From contig CAXXSM010000022.1 of the NCBI GenBank assembly GCA_963663405.2, positions 32,001 to 96,000 of the forward strand: a DNA stretch of 64,000 nucleotides, given 5' to 3'. This document shows, one piece after another, positions 50,660 through 62,275 of the stretch. The first letter of the stretch is position 1; each line of letters starts with the position of its first letter. The position numbers and the translations under genes were made by a program. Origin of the DNA: a bacterium (lineage in GTDB: Bacteria > Hinthialibacterota > Hinthialibacteria > Hinthialibacterales > Hinthialibacteraceae). The notes under the pieces were generated by a model. The model was not told the origin of the DNA. It saw only the letters and a program-made list of their open reading frames with translations, and searched no databases.

Positions 50660-53639
50660 ATCGTTTCTCGACGCGGCCCATGAGACAGATGACTTGATCA
50701 TAGGGATTGATCAGTTTCGTGATTTGAACATCAGGGAACTTCGTTTTTAGCAATTGTTCGTATTCCGGTGGTACCACGATAACATTGCTTCCGGCGCTCA
50801 GTTTAGGCGTTTGTTTTTCCAAATCGGTTTGCCGATACCGGGAATTGAAAACTTTCGCATTCTTGATTCCCACTTTCTCCGCCTCAAGAAAATAGGTATA
50901 GAGATTGAACGTCGCCGTCGTGTAAGGGGGATGGACAAACAAGCGATCGTTTCCGATATCGTCCGGCGTGAGGTGGTTATAAATCAGATGCTGCGTCTGC
51001 CCCATGCTTCCAATCCAGGTATCCTTGGATGGATATTTCACGAAATAGCGATAGTAATTGAGTCCAGCGATTGTGGGCAGAAGCAGGATGAGAAATCCAA
51101 CCGTCCATATCCGCCCCCATCCCCCTTCCGGATACCGCGTCCGCCTCTCACACAGTGAAGCGAGGGGCAGCGCCGCCAGCAGACAGAGACCGGGACCCGC
51201 TAATCCCACCCGGAAACTATTCGGCGCTTCAAGCGCCTTACTCACAACGCCACCCGCGACTGCGGCGAAAAACATCAGCAGCAAAGTCCGCTCGCTGGGC
51301 CGGTAGAATCGAAACGCCGCCAACCACAACCCGATCAGGAACAAGCCCCCTGTAATCGGCTCTAAAATCGGATTCCAAGGGATATTATGCCGGGGATTGT
51401 TCTCACCGGGCCGATGAAACATTGTCGCGTATTTTATGATATTCTGCTTGAGCGGTTCGAGCGATTTGGCTTCATACAGTTCGTTCGACAAACCCACCGT
51501 CTGCGCCCGTGATGTGAAAATACCTGGATTATCGATGTAATACACCCACAATGGACCAAAGACCAAAAACAGGAGGAAAAATGCGATCGCCATCTGCTTC
51601 ACGCGCAACAATCGGTCTTTCTCAAAGAACGAAAGAACAAACAACACAAGCAACGTAGCGGTGGTGATCGCGATGGGTATATACGTAAAAAAACCCAACC
51701 CAAGAAACAATCCACAAATGGCGGCGGACCGGGGGCATTTCCATTTATACGAGCGGATATAAAAAGCCACTGCGAACAAGGCGAGACAGACGTACAACTG
51801 CTGCAGCCATCCCCATCGCGCGAAGGTCACCTGCCAGGAATTCATTGCGATCAGCAGCGCCGCCAACCGGCCCGCCCACGGTCCGAATGACCATTTGCCC
51901 AAGCAATACATTGCCAACACAATCCCAAAACTCGGCGCCAGCGAAAACCATTTCACCATATAAAACGAGGCGTTAAACTGTTTTAAAATCGTTGAGATAG
52001 CAATTAAATAGAGATTGGTCACATCAAATTCATTCGCCCGGACCAGCGGCTGCGTGTGAAACGGCGGGAGGGTATCCTTCTCGAATCCAATCAATCCCTT
52101 CCAACACGAGTAAGTCTCATCGATCCACAATCCATAGGGAAGTTCATCGATGCGGTACAACCGGAAAAAAGCCGCCACAATGAAGATCAACGTCAGCCAA
52201 AAAATATCGGCAGGCAGAAAAGATTCCCGTGACCGTTTCGTGAACGCGAAGAGACAGACCAACGGTCCAATCGCCCACGGAAGAATCGGCCGCCAATCGA
52301 GTGGATAGGCCTGCGTCCAATAAAACGCCATCCAAGACAGCAGAAAACCGATTAACAAACAGACAGGCCGGCTGATAACCGAATTGGTTTTCAACTCTTC
52401 TTCGTCTTCGTCACCGAAATCGTCCTCATACTCCGCTGTTTTCATCGCGGAGGGAAACCAGGATTCTTTGCGCATCCGAGCTAGATACGCGAAAAGAAGC
52501 CCAAACGCCAGCGCGATCAAACCAGCTCTGCATAGATCTACCGCGAACATCCATGACGCCAACACCGCGAATCCAATCGACCATGCGAGGATCGATTGAG
52601 AAAACCGGTCCAACCCATTAGATACCCCACGCCGGAACCGGCCCAGGTGATTCAGCAACGGTTCCCGGAAAATGCGATAGAGAACAAAAAGCGCGATCAA
52701 GACCAGCGCGCTGACCGTCCAGATCCCGCTATGGACTAGATGATCATATCGCGGTGTACTGGTTTCTTCCTTTTCGGTCGCCGGGAAGAAATTTTCGATC
52801 GAGACAATCATCCGCTGCCGTCTCGAATCAAAAACCGCCGATGTGGTCCGGTTCAAGCCAGTCACGATGGGATAGATTTGATTCGGCCACTTGATCGCCA
52901 CAATCCGGCGTTTATCCGAATCAGCGACTAGAATGTTCCCATCCGGCAGCAGACGGATATGACGGGGATGATTTAAACCAGAAATACTTTGAAGAATCAC
53001 ATTCTGGCGATTGATTTCAATCACCCGGTGATGATCGAAATCAGAGATGAGAAACGTATCGCGCGCGGTCCGGATCGTGGCGAATGGATTGCGTAAATCG
53101 ATCTGACTTTCCCACACCACCCGGCCATTTTGAGTCATCTCCCGGATACGGTTATTCATACCTTCCGTGAGCAGGAGATTCCCATTCTCGAGATAATCGA
53201 CGTCCTGCGTGCCTTTTGGAATAGGGATCTGGCCGATCTGTAGGCCCTTCTCGTCGAGAAGCCGGGCCTGGGTCTCTCCATACCATGTCGTCATGTAAAA
53301 CGGCTGATGCCCCCGGATCGTGCTTCCATTCACGATGTCGATGTCTTGCATGTATGTTGGGCCGAAATAAGCGGAGAGACTGCCACTCGCGGGATCGAAG
53401 ATCGTTATCCCCATTCCGTCCACACCCACGGCCACACGCCCATCCGGAAATAATTCAAGATCCCGTGGAACGCCGCGCAGTCCTTGAGAGCGGCTGATAA
53501 ACGTCCCGTCGGTATCAAACACCAAGAGTTCATTCCGCGTGGAAAATAGAGATTCCTTCTGCACAGGCAGCCGGCATCCCGCCACGGTCAACAAAATCAA
53601 ACCTGCGATAACGATTCGATCGATCCGGGAACGTATCAT
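50658..53639 (-). CDS. GT-C (ArnT/PMT-like) glycosyltransferase with N-terminal beta-propeller
   Basis: Lipoprotein-like signal, NHL-like repeats, RLYRIDELPYGLWIDE, multiple TM helices. Confidence 0.75.
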   Translation of the reverse strand: MIRSRIDRIVIAGLILLTVAGCRLPVQKESLFSTRNELLVFDTDGTFISRSQGLRGVPRDLELFPDGRVAVGVDGMGITIFDPASGSLSAYFGPTYMQDIDIVNGSTIRGHQPFYMTTWYGETQARLLDEKGLQIGQIPIPKGTQDVDYLENGNLLLTEGMNNRIREMTQNGRVVWESQIDLRNPFATIRTARDTFLISDFDHHRVIEINRQNVILQSISGLNHPRHIRLLPDGNILVADSDKRRIVAIKWPNQIYPIVTGLNRTTSAVFDSRRQRMIVSIENFFPATEKEETSTPRYDHLVHSGIWTVSALVLIALFVLYRIFREPLLNHLGRFRRGVSNGLDRFSQSILAWSIGFAVLASWMFAVDLCRAGLIALAFGLLFAYLARMRKESWFPSAMKTAEYEDDFGDEDEEELKTNSVISRPVCLLIGFLLSWMAFYWTQAYPLDWRPILPWAIGPLVCLFAFTKRSRESFLPADIFWLTLIFIVAAFFRLYRIDELPYGLWIDETYSCWKGLIGFEKDTLPPFHTQPLVRANEFDVTNLYLIAISTILKQFNASFYMVKWFSLAPSFGIVLAMYCLGKWSFGPWAGRLAALLIAMNSWQVTFARWGWLQQLYVCLALFAVAFYIRSYKWKCPRSAAICGLFLGLGFFTYIPIAITTATLLVLFVLSFFEKDRLLRVKQMAIAFFLLFLVFGPLWVYYIDNPGIFTSRAQTVGLSNELYEAKSLEPLKQNIIKYATMFHRPGENNPRHNIPWNPILEPITGGLFLIGLWLAAFRFYRPSERTLLLMFFAAVAGGVVSKALEAPNSFRVGLAGPGLCLLAALPLASLCERRTRYPEGGWGRIWTVGFLILLLPTIAGLNYYRYFVKYPSKDTWIGSMGQTQHLIYNHLTPDDIGNDRLFVHPPYTTATFNLYTYFLEAEKVGIKNAKVFNSRYRQTDLEKQTPKLSAGSNVIVVPPEYEQLLKTKFPDVQITKLINPYDQVICLMGRVEKR

Positions 53640-53939
53640 TCCATCCTCATTCCTAACGAGTGTTAAAAATCCTGCAACGTATGTTTATGAAGAATCTTTC
53701 GAGTTTATGACAAGAATTGATTCCACGCAACCCAATCCAAAGCGCCACAATTTTCATTCAGATGGAAGTTATACAGTAACTTTCTATCCTTCAAAAAATA
53801 GCGTTGATCGAATTCTCACAAATCTGGTATAATTCAGTTTTATCAAGCAGAACTGTATTTCCACCACACCGTCAAAAGACAAAAGAATAGAGGAGAATCT
53901 GCTGACACATTCTCATAATATATTTGGAGGTTCAACACT

Positions 53940-54404
53940 ATGCCTACGCTCGAAGAAGGGAAAGCCGCCCCCAGTTTTACACTACCCGCCAGCACAGGAG
54001 AGAAAATCTCACTCAATGATTACAAAGGGGAAAAGAACGTCGTGCTCTTTTTCTATCCACGGGACAACACGCCGGGCTGCACAACGGAAGCCTGCTCGTT
54101 TCGGGATAATCTAAGCGCGTTTGAGGAGAAAGACACAGTCGTATTGGGAATCAGCCGGGACAGCCTCGCCTCACACGATAAGTTTATCAACAAACACAGT
54201 CTGCCGTTTCCCTTACTGAGCGACGAAAAAGAAACGGTCTGCGAGAAATATGGGGTGATGAAGGATAAAAACATGTACGGCAAAAAGGTACGGGGAATCG
54301 AACGAAGCACCTTTATCATCGGCAAAGACGGAAAGATCAAAAAAATCTTCCGGAAAGTCAAAGTGGAAGGGCACATTGAAGAAGCGCTGAAGGCGCTGGA
54401 TTGA
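53940..54404 (+). CDS. bcp: Peroxiredoxin Bcp
   Basis: FYPRDNTPGCTTEAC, IERSTF. Confidence 0.93.
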   Translation: MPTLEEGKAAPSFTLPASTGEKISLNDYKGEKNVVLFFYPRDNTPGCTTEACSFRDNLSAFEEKDTVVLGISRDSLASHDKFINKHSLPFPLLSDEKETVCEKYGVMKDKNMYGKKVRGIERSTFIIGKDGKIKKIFRKVKVEGHIEEALKALD

Positions 54405-54408
54405 AACA

Positions 54409-54440
54409 AAACAGGGGCGCTCCAAAGAACGCCCCGTCTT
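54409..54440. terminator. Hairpin between convergent genes
   Basis: GGGGCG...CGCCCC with A-rich and T-containing flanks. Confidence 0.5.
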
Positions 54441-54461
54441 CATTGTTTATGAATACGTTAT

Positions 54462-55820
54462 TTACTTTGCCAGATCCAAAGTGGCTTTTTCAAGACTCTG
54501 GCACATTTCGGGAATATCCGCGCTTTCGACGCCGCAGAACGCGAGCCGGATCCCATTGATCGAGCCGATTTCGACCGGCACTGTGCCGACCTGGTAGGTC
54601 TTCAATAGGTGATCACTTATATCCGACGCTTTCAATCCCGCTTTAGGAGCGATGTTCAAAAAACAGAAGAATCCACCTTGGAAAGGATCGGGAATGAGAA
54701 GATCAGTTTTCAATTTCGCCAGTTCTTCTTTAATCAAGTGATAGCGTTCGCCCAATAGATCAACCGTTTTCTTCCGTTCCTTCAAGACCTGATCGATATT
54801 CTGAAGCGCTTTTAAGGCCGCTGACTGCGCGGGCATGGAGCAGTTGGAGACCGTGTTGCGGTTCACGCCTCGGAATTTATTCTCAATCTCCGCGACGAGA
54901 TCGTTTCGATCGACCGATTCGAACCATTCATCCGGACAGGCGATCGAGATCGCGCCGATGCGGGCGCCGTACCAGAGCAGTTCTTTGCTAATCCCGTCCA
55001 TTTTGATTGGCAGTAAATTGGGGCGGGGCTCTAATTTATAGAAGAGCGAATATGGTTCCGCGTCCTCATCATACACATACCCTTCATACGCGTCGTCAAA
55101 GAGGATCACGAGTTTTTGGTTTGTGCTCTCCACGAGTTCATCAACGGCTTTGATGAATTCCGGAACCGCCTGTTTCGGTGGACAGTACCCTGTCGGATTG
55201 TTTGGGAAGTTCAACATCACCACTGCGACATCCTGCGTCTCCCAGACTTTTTTTATGGAATCAGCCATTCCTTCGATGTTGAAATCCTGACCGAGGAATG
55301 TTGGAAATTCTTCAATCTTCACACCCACATTACGCAGAAAGACGTTATCATAATTTTCCCAGCGTTTATCAGGCACGATAATCGCGTCCCCTGGATTGAC
55401 GAACATCCGCGTGCAAATACCAATCGCGCCGGTAATCCCTGGCACAACCATTGGATCGAAAACCTGGCGGTCCAGCCGTTCTTTTTCTGCGCCCGCTTTG
55501 CTCAACAGCCATTCTTTCCACGCTTTTCGAAACGCCACGACCCCGATTTCCGGCGCGTAAGGAAACAGTTCTTCGGTGCTTAGATCTTCATCGTCGAAAT
55601 ATTTACGCACGGAGGGGATACAGGCGGTGATTTTTTTATCGGCGCCGCCGTCAAAGATCTGGTTTTCCCGGGCTTTGGCGGAGCCGATCGTGGCGTTGAT
55701 TTTCGCTTCATTTTTTGAACGGCCGACCCAATAAAAAATTCCAGTGGGATTGAAAATCATCTTCCCGTAATCCGAGAAGAAATCCATCGCGCCACATTGC
55801 TTCATCGCTGTGAATTCCAT
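54462..55820 (-). CDS. Class I/II PLP aminotransferase
   Basis: NATIG, NFPNNPTG, DDAY, KMDGISKE..G.RIG. Confidence 0.85.
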   Translation of the reverse strand: MEFTAMKQCGAMDFFSDYGKMIFNPTGIFYWVGRSKNEAKINATIGSAKARENQIFDGGADKKITACIPSVRKYFDDEDLSTEELFPYAPEIGVVAFRKAWKEWLLSKAGAEKERLDRQVFDPMVVPGITGAIGICTRMFVNPGDAIIVPDKRWENYDNVFLRNVGVKIEEFPTFLGQDFNIEGMADSIKKVWETQDVAVVMLNFPNNPTGYCPPKQAVPEFIKAVDELVESTNQKLVILFDDAYEGYVYDEDAEPYSLFYKLEPRPNLLPIKMDGISKELLWYGARIGAISIACPDEWFESVDRNDLVAEIENKFRGVNRNTVSNCSMPAQSAALKALQNIDQVLKERKKTVDLLGERYHLIKEELAKLKTDLLIPDPFQGGFFCFLNIAPKAGLKASDISDHLLKTYQVGTVPVEIGSINGIRLAFCGVESADIPEMCQSLEKATLDLAK

Positions 55821-56097
55821 TTCATTCCTCCAAAAATAATAAACTTATAACAATATTAAAATGTATTCTCCCGCCCGGATTGATCCGGTCAACCCATGCG
55901 CCCCTGAAAATACGCAGGAACGGATTAAAAACGAATTTTTTACCCCATCCCGCCTTTTCCCACCATGACATACATCCCAAATTCACGTAAAGGTTCTTTC
56001 CCACTCCATAAAACAAAGAGCGTGACAGATCGTGGGAAAGGAGATTTAATACCACTCATCAATCAATGAAGACCGATAAACGCAAGGCAGGACACTA

Positions 56098-57174
56098 GTG
56101 AACTACGAAAAACGCATCCAAGCCATCCAACACAAATTAGACAAGGAAGGAGCCGATTGGTTCTTCGTCAACAATCTACACAACATCCGCTATCTATCCG
56201 GTTACAGCGGCAGCTATGCGATGCTGCTTCTATCAAAGGACAAACGGTTTATCCTGACCGATGGACGCTACCAAGAACAAGTCAAGAATGAAGTCAATGA
56301 ATTCGAACCAGTAATCCAAGGGAACCGGAAAGAACTTGAAGTCATCTCTGAGACAGCCGGGGATTTAGATCAATGCGAAGTATGGTTCGAATGCAAGCAT
56401 ACCAGTTATTCCCGCTGTTATGATCTGCAGGAAAAAATCCCCGCGAAACGCTACATGGGAAAAGAGAACATAGTCGAGGGATTGCGCGTCAAAAAAGATC
56501 GAGACGAGATCAAAGAAATGAAAAAAGCGCTCCAGATCGCCGAACGCGCATTGGAACAGACACTGCCCACCATTCAAGAAGGTATGACGGAACGCGAATT
56601 AGCGCACGAACTCGAACATGAAATGTGGAAACTGGGCGCGGAAAAAGAAGCGTTCGAAACGCTGGTTCTCTTTGGTGCGCGTTCCTCCCTTCCTCATGGA
56701 AAACCGTCTGACAACCGTCTTCAATCCGGTGATGTGATCCTCATGGATTTCGGCTGTGTTTGGCATGGCTACTGTTCCGATATCACGCGAACCGTCTTTT
56801 TCGGTGAACCGGCGCCGGAACTGAAAGAGATGTACGAGTTGGTCCTCCGGGCGAACTTGAGCGCCGAAGAAAAGATCAAAGCGGGCGTCGACAGCATAAC
56901 CGCCGATAAATACGCCCGCGATGTGATGGAAGATGCGGGAAAAAAGGACCTTTTCATCCACGGTCTCGGTCACGGTCTCGGCCTCGAAGTGCACGAATCC
57001 CCCCGCTTCTCACCAATCGTCGAGCAGACCATCGAGGCGGGCGCCGTCGTTACCGTCGAACCAGGTCTCTATCAACCCGATCTGGGAGGCATCCGCATTG
57101 AAGACACTATCGTGGTTAAAAAGAATGGGTGTGAGGTATTGAACAAATCACCCAAAGAAATGATTGTTTTATAG
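56098..57174 (+). CDS. Xaa-Pro peptidase (M24)
   Basis: DFG..GYCSDITRT, HGLGHGLGLEVHE, EPGLY, GIRIED. Confidence 0.92.
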   Translation: MNYEKRIQAIQHKLDKEGADWFFVNNLHNIRYLSGYSGSYAMLLLSKDKRFILTDGRYQEQVKNEVNEFEPVIQGNRKELEVISETAGDLDQCEVWFECKHTSYSRCYDLQEKIPAKRYMGKENIVEGLRVKKDRDEIKEMKKALQIAERALEQTLPTIQEGMTERELAHELEHEMWKLGAEKEAFETLVLFGARSSLPHGKPSDNRLQSGDVILMDFGCVWHGYCSDITRTVFFGEPAPELKEMYELVLRANLSAEEKIKAGVDSITADKYARDVMEDAGKKDLFIHGLGHGLGLEVHESPRFSPIVEQTIEAGAVVTVEPGLYQPDLGGIRIEDTIVVKKNGCEVLNKSPKEMIVL

Positions 57175-57211
57175 GGGATTAGGTTGAAGGCTGAAGACTG
57201 AAGGGAAGGCC

Positions 57212-57270
57212 AATGGAGCGCGGGCGTCCCGCCCGTGAATTTAAATGGGACGCGGGCATCCCGTCCGTGA
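57212..57270. repeat. REP-like doublet
   Basis: CGCGGGCGTCCCGCCCGTGA followed by CGCGGGCATCCCGTCCGTGA. Confidence 0.65.
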
Positions 57271-57271
57271 C

Positions 57272-57332
57272 CTAAGAGTTCCGTACAAATTCAAACGTAA
57301 TCCGATGATTCTCCGAAACAGACAAAATCCGC
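57272..57332 (-). repeat. Diverged duplicate of the GntR gene 3' end
   Basis: 48/52 identity to 57427-57478. Confidence 0.85.
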
Positions 57333-57375
57333 TGGGCGCCCAGGGCAAGGTTTTTTTCTGCCCTGGCGTAATTCC
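57333..57375 (-). repeat. Dispersed hairpin repeat, copy 2
   Basis: Reverse complement matches 4027-4069. Confidence 0.8.
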
Positions 57376-57417
57376 AAACCACATTCGAATAGCGCAATAA
57401 TCCATATCCATCGTATT

Positions 57418-58155
57418 TCATCCATTCCGCACAAGTTCAAACGTAATCCGGTGATTCTCCGACACAGACAAAATCCGCAAAAACGCCACAACACGATTGT
57501 TCGATGTGTATAGAATCCTATCCAACAGTAGCGCGGGAGACTCTTCCTCCACTTTCAACAGCGCCGCTTCCCGTTCCTCCAGTGTTGTAATTTCGATCGA
57601 ATCGGCGCAGCGGGTGATGGGAATTTGGTTTTTCACCGCAATTAAGTCAAAGAGAGAACTGGCCCGGAGATCTTCAATTGGCAAACCGGGACACAAATCG
57701 TTTGAAACATACGCCGTTTCCAAGACGACAGGGCTCTCGTTAATCGACCGCAACCTTACGATTTTGAACACTTGGTTCTTTATCTCCACCGAAAAAAACT
57801 CGTTTAGATCCAATGGCGGGGAGGTGGACATTTTCTGGATCACCTCTGTCTCCCACTCCGAACCATAATCCAGAATCTTCTCCGTCATCAGCGTGGAGAG
57901 CCAGACGCCTTCCGCTTCAACGGGTTTCTGAACAAACGTTCCTTTTCCGGGGATTTTGCGGACGTATCCTTTTCGGACCATCTCCTGCATCGCCGTTCGT
58001 ACCACGGACTTGCTGACGCCCTGCTGTTTGCATAACAGGTCTTCCGTCGGCAGTTGTTCGCCTACTTTCAGTTCGTTTCGCTCAATCGCATCGTAAAGAA
58101 TATCAACAAGTTGCAGGTATAATTTGCGGGGATTTTGGCGATCGATAATCCTCAT
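57418..58155 (-). CDS. GntR/HutC (UTRA) transcriptional regulator
   Basis: LY.QL, LPTE..L, GKGTFV; UTRA C-terminus. Confidence 0.9.
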   Translation of the reverse strand: MRIIDRQNPRKLYLQLVDILYDAIERNELKVGEQLPTEDLLCKQQGVSKSVVRTAMQEMVRKGYVRKIPGKGTFVQKPVEAEGVWLSTLMTEKILDYGSEWETEVIQKMSTSPPLDLNEFFSVEIKNQVFKIVRLRSINESPVVLETAYVSNDLCPGLPIEDLRASSLFDLIAVKNQIPITRCADSIEITTLEEREAALLKVEEESPALLLDRILYTSNNRVVAFLRILSVSENHRITFELVRNG

Positions 58156-58354
58156 AATATTATAAATTCCTAATCGTTTTAGAATGTATCTTAAAGAGCG
58201 CGATTCAACGTGTCAATCAGTGAAATCCATCCATCACGTGGAATCCTTCAAAAATGTAAAAATAGGTTCCTGATCCTTAGAGAATCCGCGCCAATTCATC
58301 TATAATGAACCGGCGAAATGAATCATAGAAATCTATGAGAGGTAGGAACGAATC

Positions 58355-59254
<900 letters not shown>

Positions 59255-59280
59255 TACCTCTTTGGTTAATCTTCATTTGT

Positions 59281-59313
59281 GGTGGGCTACGCTTCGCTCT
59301 TAGCCCACCCTAC
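59281..59313 (-). repeat. GTAG-type REP hairpin
   Basis: Reverse complement GTAGGGTGGGCTA...TAGCCCACC. Confidence 0.6.
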
Positions 59314-59422
59314 GACTGCTACCACTACCTAATGGAAAACAACCAGCTTCGCTTTTCCCTGATGAATTAAAACAAATACTCGGGTAAAATCATTACAGAA
59401 ACAGAATTGAAGGAGAAGAACA

Positions 59423-59617
59423 ATGAATCAAATCGTCATTGAAATTCCCGAGTTCCAGGACGTTAAGTTTCAGGCAAAAGATATAGATGACGCAATTAGA
59501 AAATTGCGCGAATTAGATAAAGCCCAAGGCGATAAAATCCTTGAAATCATTAAACGATACGAAGGAATCGCTCCCTCTGACGCAACAATCGACGAAGAGG
59601 AGTGGTACCGGCAATGA
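59423..59617 (+). CDS. Putative antitoxin
   Basis: 64 aa ending EEEWYRQ; stop overlaps the PIN gene start (ATGA). Confidence 0.65.
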   Translation: MNQIVIEIPEFQDVKFQAKDIDDAIRKLRELDKAQGDKILEIIKRYEGIAPSDATIDEEEWYRQ

Positions 59618-60041
59618 AAATTTTTCTGGATTCTTCGATTCTGATTGAATACATAAAAGGAACCAGGAAAGATTTATTGAAAGCAATCATGGGTCAGCCT
59701 TTTCGCTTTTCTCCGCGCATCAATCATATTGTCTATAGCGAATTCATGTATCATTATCTCGCCTTGCTATCTAAAAAATCACCTTTGGCCTTGAAAGAAT
59801 CCAGAAGAATTACGGAAATTTTGGAAAAGCACGATCCGATAGGCTTTGTACAACAGATTCCTTTCTTGGTAATGGATAATGAAGAATTTATGACGAGCTA
59901 CGCTCTCATGAAAAAGTACAACATGCTGCCACGCCTTGATCCTAGCGAGTTGTAAACGGCACGGTATTTCTTTTCTTGCAACGTACGATAAAGACTTTGC
60001 CGACGTTTGCCCTCCAGAAAACATAACCATCATTGATACGG
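59614..60041 (+). pseudogene. VapC/PIN toxin, frameshifted (~59931) and interrupted by an IS; last codons at 62378-62403
   Basis: MKIFLDSSILI N-terminus; expected LP[ND]ALIL lacks the ND codons; LATYDKDF lies in another frame. Confidence 0.75.
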
Positions 60042-61757
60042 TCAGGCCTCCTGATCTGGGGGATATTGATCTGACACCAATTGGTAAACGAGACGTAGAT
60101 TCGTGCCAGGATAAATGGTTTCGGTTTCATTCAATTGAGCGGCCAAATGACGGGCGGCTTGATCGGAAAGGCGGTTGGTCAAGTGATGGAGCCGAACCGT
60201 GAGAATCTCTTTTTCTTCATCGGGAATCAGATCCGCCTCGGTGGTCATGATTTCCCGCGCCAACGAACGCGCATCGTCTCCCCGGCTCAGCACCTCCCGC
60301 AGGATTGCCACCATCGCCGTTTCCGCCCGATACGCAATCATTCGAATCGTATCCATGAATTGTTTCTTCGCTGGAGCCAATTGGTGAAATTTTGCCTCCT
60401 CTGGCAAGTCCACAAACGCGATATGCTTTTTCGTTTGCTTCCGGCTCCGCTTGAACTCATCGAGTTGTTTCTCCATCCCTCCGATCTCTTCAAGGAGGGC
60501 GCCTTTCTGGATTTCATAGCATTCGATCTCTTTCGGATCGGAGGATTCCTTTAGGACAAGGGCGCCGAATTCCGCTTGCTTTCGAGTCTTTTTCCCCGCC
60601 AGGCTTTTGATCTGACTTTCCAATTTCCGATAGGCCGGATTCACCACTTTCATCGTCTCATCCGGCAAGACCGTTTCATACCCGATAAGTCCATCTAAAT
60701 GAAAGTGTTCCATCATGTACCGAAAGAAGTTTTCCTGACACCAACGCGCGAACATATGCGCCGCCAGTTGACTCGCATCCGATGTATAATCCGTACTGAT
60801 CACAGCGGTTTGATGCCCTGTATCCCCCAACTTGCGAATCTCCCGCACCCAGATTTTTCCTCCCAGAAAGACGCCTCTCTCGGCCAAGCGCATCGGCGAT
60901 TCATGCCCACCAGGCAGACGCACATTCACTGTCTCGAATTCTGAAACTGGCCAATCTTCTCCCTGAAACTTGCGGTACGTTTGACACGCGATCCGCGAAT
61001 CCCACATCTGAGCGAAGAACTCAGGGCTATAGCCTTCCCGGTCGAACACCAGGATGAACCGGTGGAAATAAGGATTGGATTCGAGGGTTTCGGCTGTGGG
61101 TTGATGGGGAACATCTTTTAGCAACTGTGGAACAATGTCTTGTTTGAGCCGATCCAACAAGCCGGTGGTGAATGGAGTGCTCACCACAAAGAAGGGGCGG
61201 CCTTCGCCGTCGTTCACCCAATAGTCGGTGAGTCCACGCAAACATAATCGTTGACGCGCGACATAGCGGCGGGGCAGTTTCGTTTGCGAACCGTGATAGA
61301 CGCGGACATGACCATCGACATATAAAACGCCCGCCGCGTCCGGATCCGCCTCCATCCACTCCCGGGACAATTCGTCCCCCCATTCTTTGATCTGGTCTGG
61401 TTGGGCGAGAATTTTGATTTTTTCCCGCAGGGTCCGCACTTCGGGAATTCGATCTAAGCCCAGTAACTTGCCCCCTTCCCCCGCGGGATGATAGCGCAAC
61501 TGTTCCGGCGTTTTGATCCGCGTCAACGCCATGAAAGCCAACACAATAAAAATGTGGACGCAACTGTAAAATCCTTTGGGGAGAGAAAAGTTCTTCGAGA
61601 CATTCTTCAGCAGCCCGTTGGCGAGTAACGCGGGCATCGCCCATAACACGCCGCCTTGCGCCACATCCAATTCCGTCTCGAAACGAGTCGGGGCTTCCTC
61701 CAACTGCCCGGTCGCCGCGCAGACCCGCTCCACCATTCGCGTACAGCCCATCCCCAT
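60042..61757 (-). CDS. Transposase catalytic ORF
   Basis: LYVDGH, VFDREGY, RWCQENFF; stop codon lies in the terminal IR. Confidence 0.85.
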   Translation of the reverse strand: MGMGCTRMVERVCAATGQLEEAPTRFETELDVAQGGVLWAMPALLANGLLKNVSKNFSLPKGFYSCVHIFIVLAFMALTRIKTPEQLRYHPAGEGGKLLGLDRIPEVRTLREKIKILAQPDQIKEWGDELSREWMEADPDAAGVLYVDGHVRVYHGSQTKLPRRYVARQRLCLRGLTDYWVNDGEGRPFFVVSTPFTTGLLDRLKQDIVPQLLKDVPHQPTAETLESNPYFHRFILVFDREGYSPEFFAQMWDSRIACQTYRKFQGEDWPVSEFETVNVRLPGGHESPMRLAERGVFLGGKIWVREIRKLGDTGHQTAVISTDYTSDASQLAAHMFARWCQENFFRYMMEHFHLDGLIGYETVLPDETMKVVNPAYRKLESQIKSLAGKKTRKQAEFGALVLKESSDPKEIECYEIQKGALLEEIGGMEKQLDEFKRSRKQTKKHIAFVDLPEEAKFHQLAPAKKQFMDTIRMIAYRAETAMVAILREVLSRGDDARSLAREIMTTEADLIPDEEKEILTVRLHHLTNRLSDQAARHLAAQLNETETIYPGTNLRLVYQLVSDQYPPDQEA

Positions 61758-61774
61758 CGCCGCTTGGCTGTCTT

Positions 61775-62275
61775 CTACGCTTCGCTCGCTTTTCGGGCGG
61801 CCTCCGGCATCGTTTTTTTTAGCGGCTCCACCAGGCGGCCGGCTTGGATCGCCTTATTCAACGTATTCCGCTTAAGGCCCAACTGATCGGCGATCTCCGC
61901 TCGAGAGAGCCCCTCGTTCAAGAACTCTTGCGCTTGCTGGAGGACGTCTTTTGTCAAGACATGCGCGCCTCGCGTTCGAGGCGTTTCAAAAAACGCCGCC
62001 GCTCCGCCTTTCCGGTATTTCTTGACCCACCGCTTCACGCTGATCGCGCTCACGCCAAACGCTCGGACAATCTCCATTTGCGTGCATTGCCCGTTCACGA
62101 CAAACTGACTGGTAATCAAACGGAAACTCTTTTGATCGGTTTCCGGATGCGTGTAAATAGGAAAGGCGCCATGAAAATAATAGACCGAACCGTCCTGCTT
62201 CCGGTACGAGAGTACATCGATGATGTAGCCTTCCTCGACATCGGCAAAGTGGGGTAAGAATCCTTGTGGCATCAA
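61775..62275 (-). CDS. Transposase N-terminal HTH ORF, probably fused by -1 frameshift at A8 (61813-61820)
   Basis: IVRAFGVSAISVKRWVK HTH; the -1 frame is open from the A8 run into the catalytic ORF. Confidence 0.8.
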   Translation of the reverse strand: MMPQGFLPHFADVEEGYIIDVLSYRKQDGSVYYFHGAFPIYTHPETDQKSFRLITSQFVVNGQCTQMEIVRAFGVSAISVKRWVKKYRKGGAAAFFETPRTRGAHVLTKDVLQQAQEFLNEGLSRAEIADQLGLKRNTLNKAIQAGRLVEPLKKTMPEAARKASEA

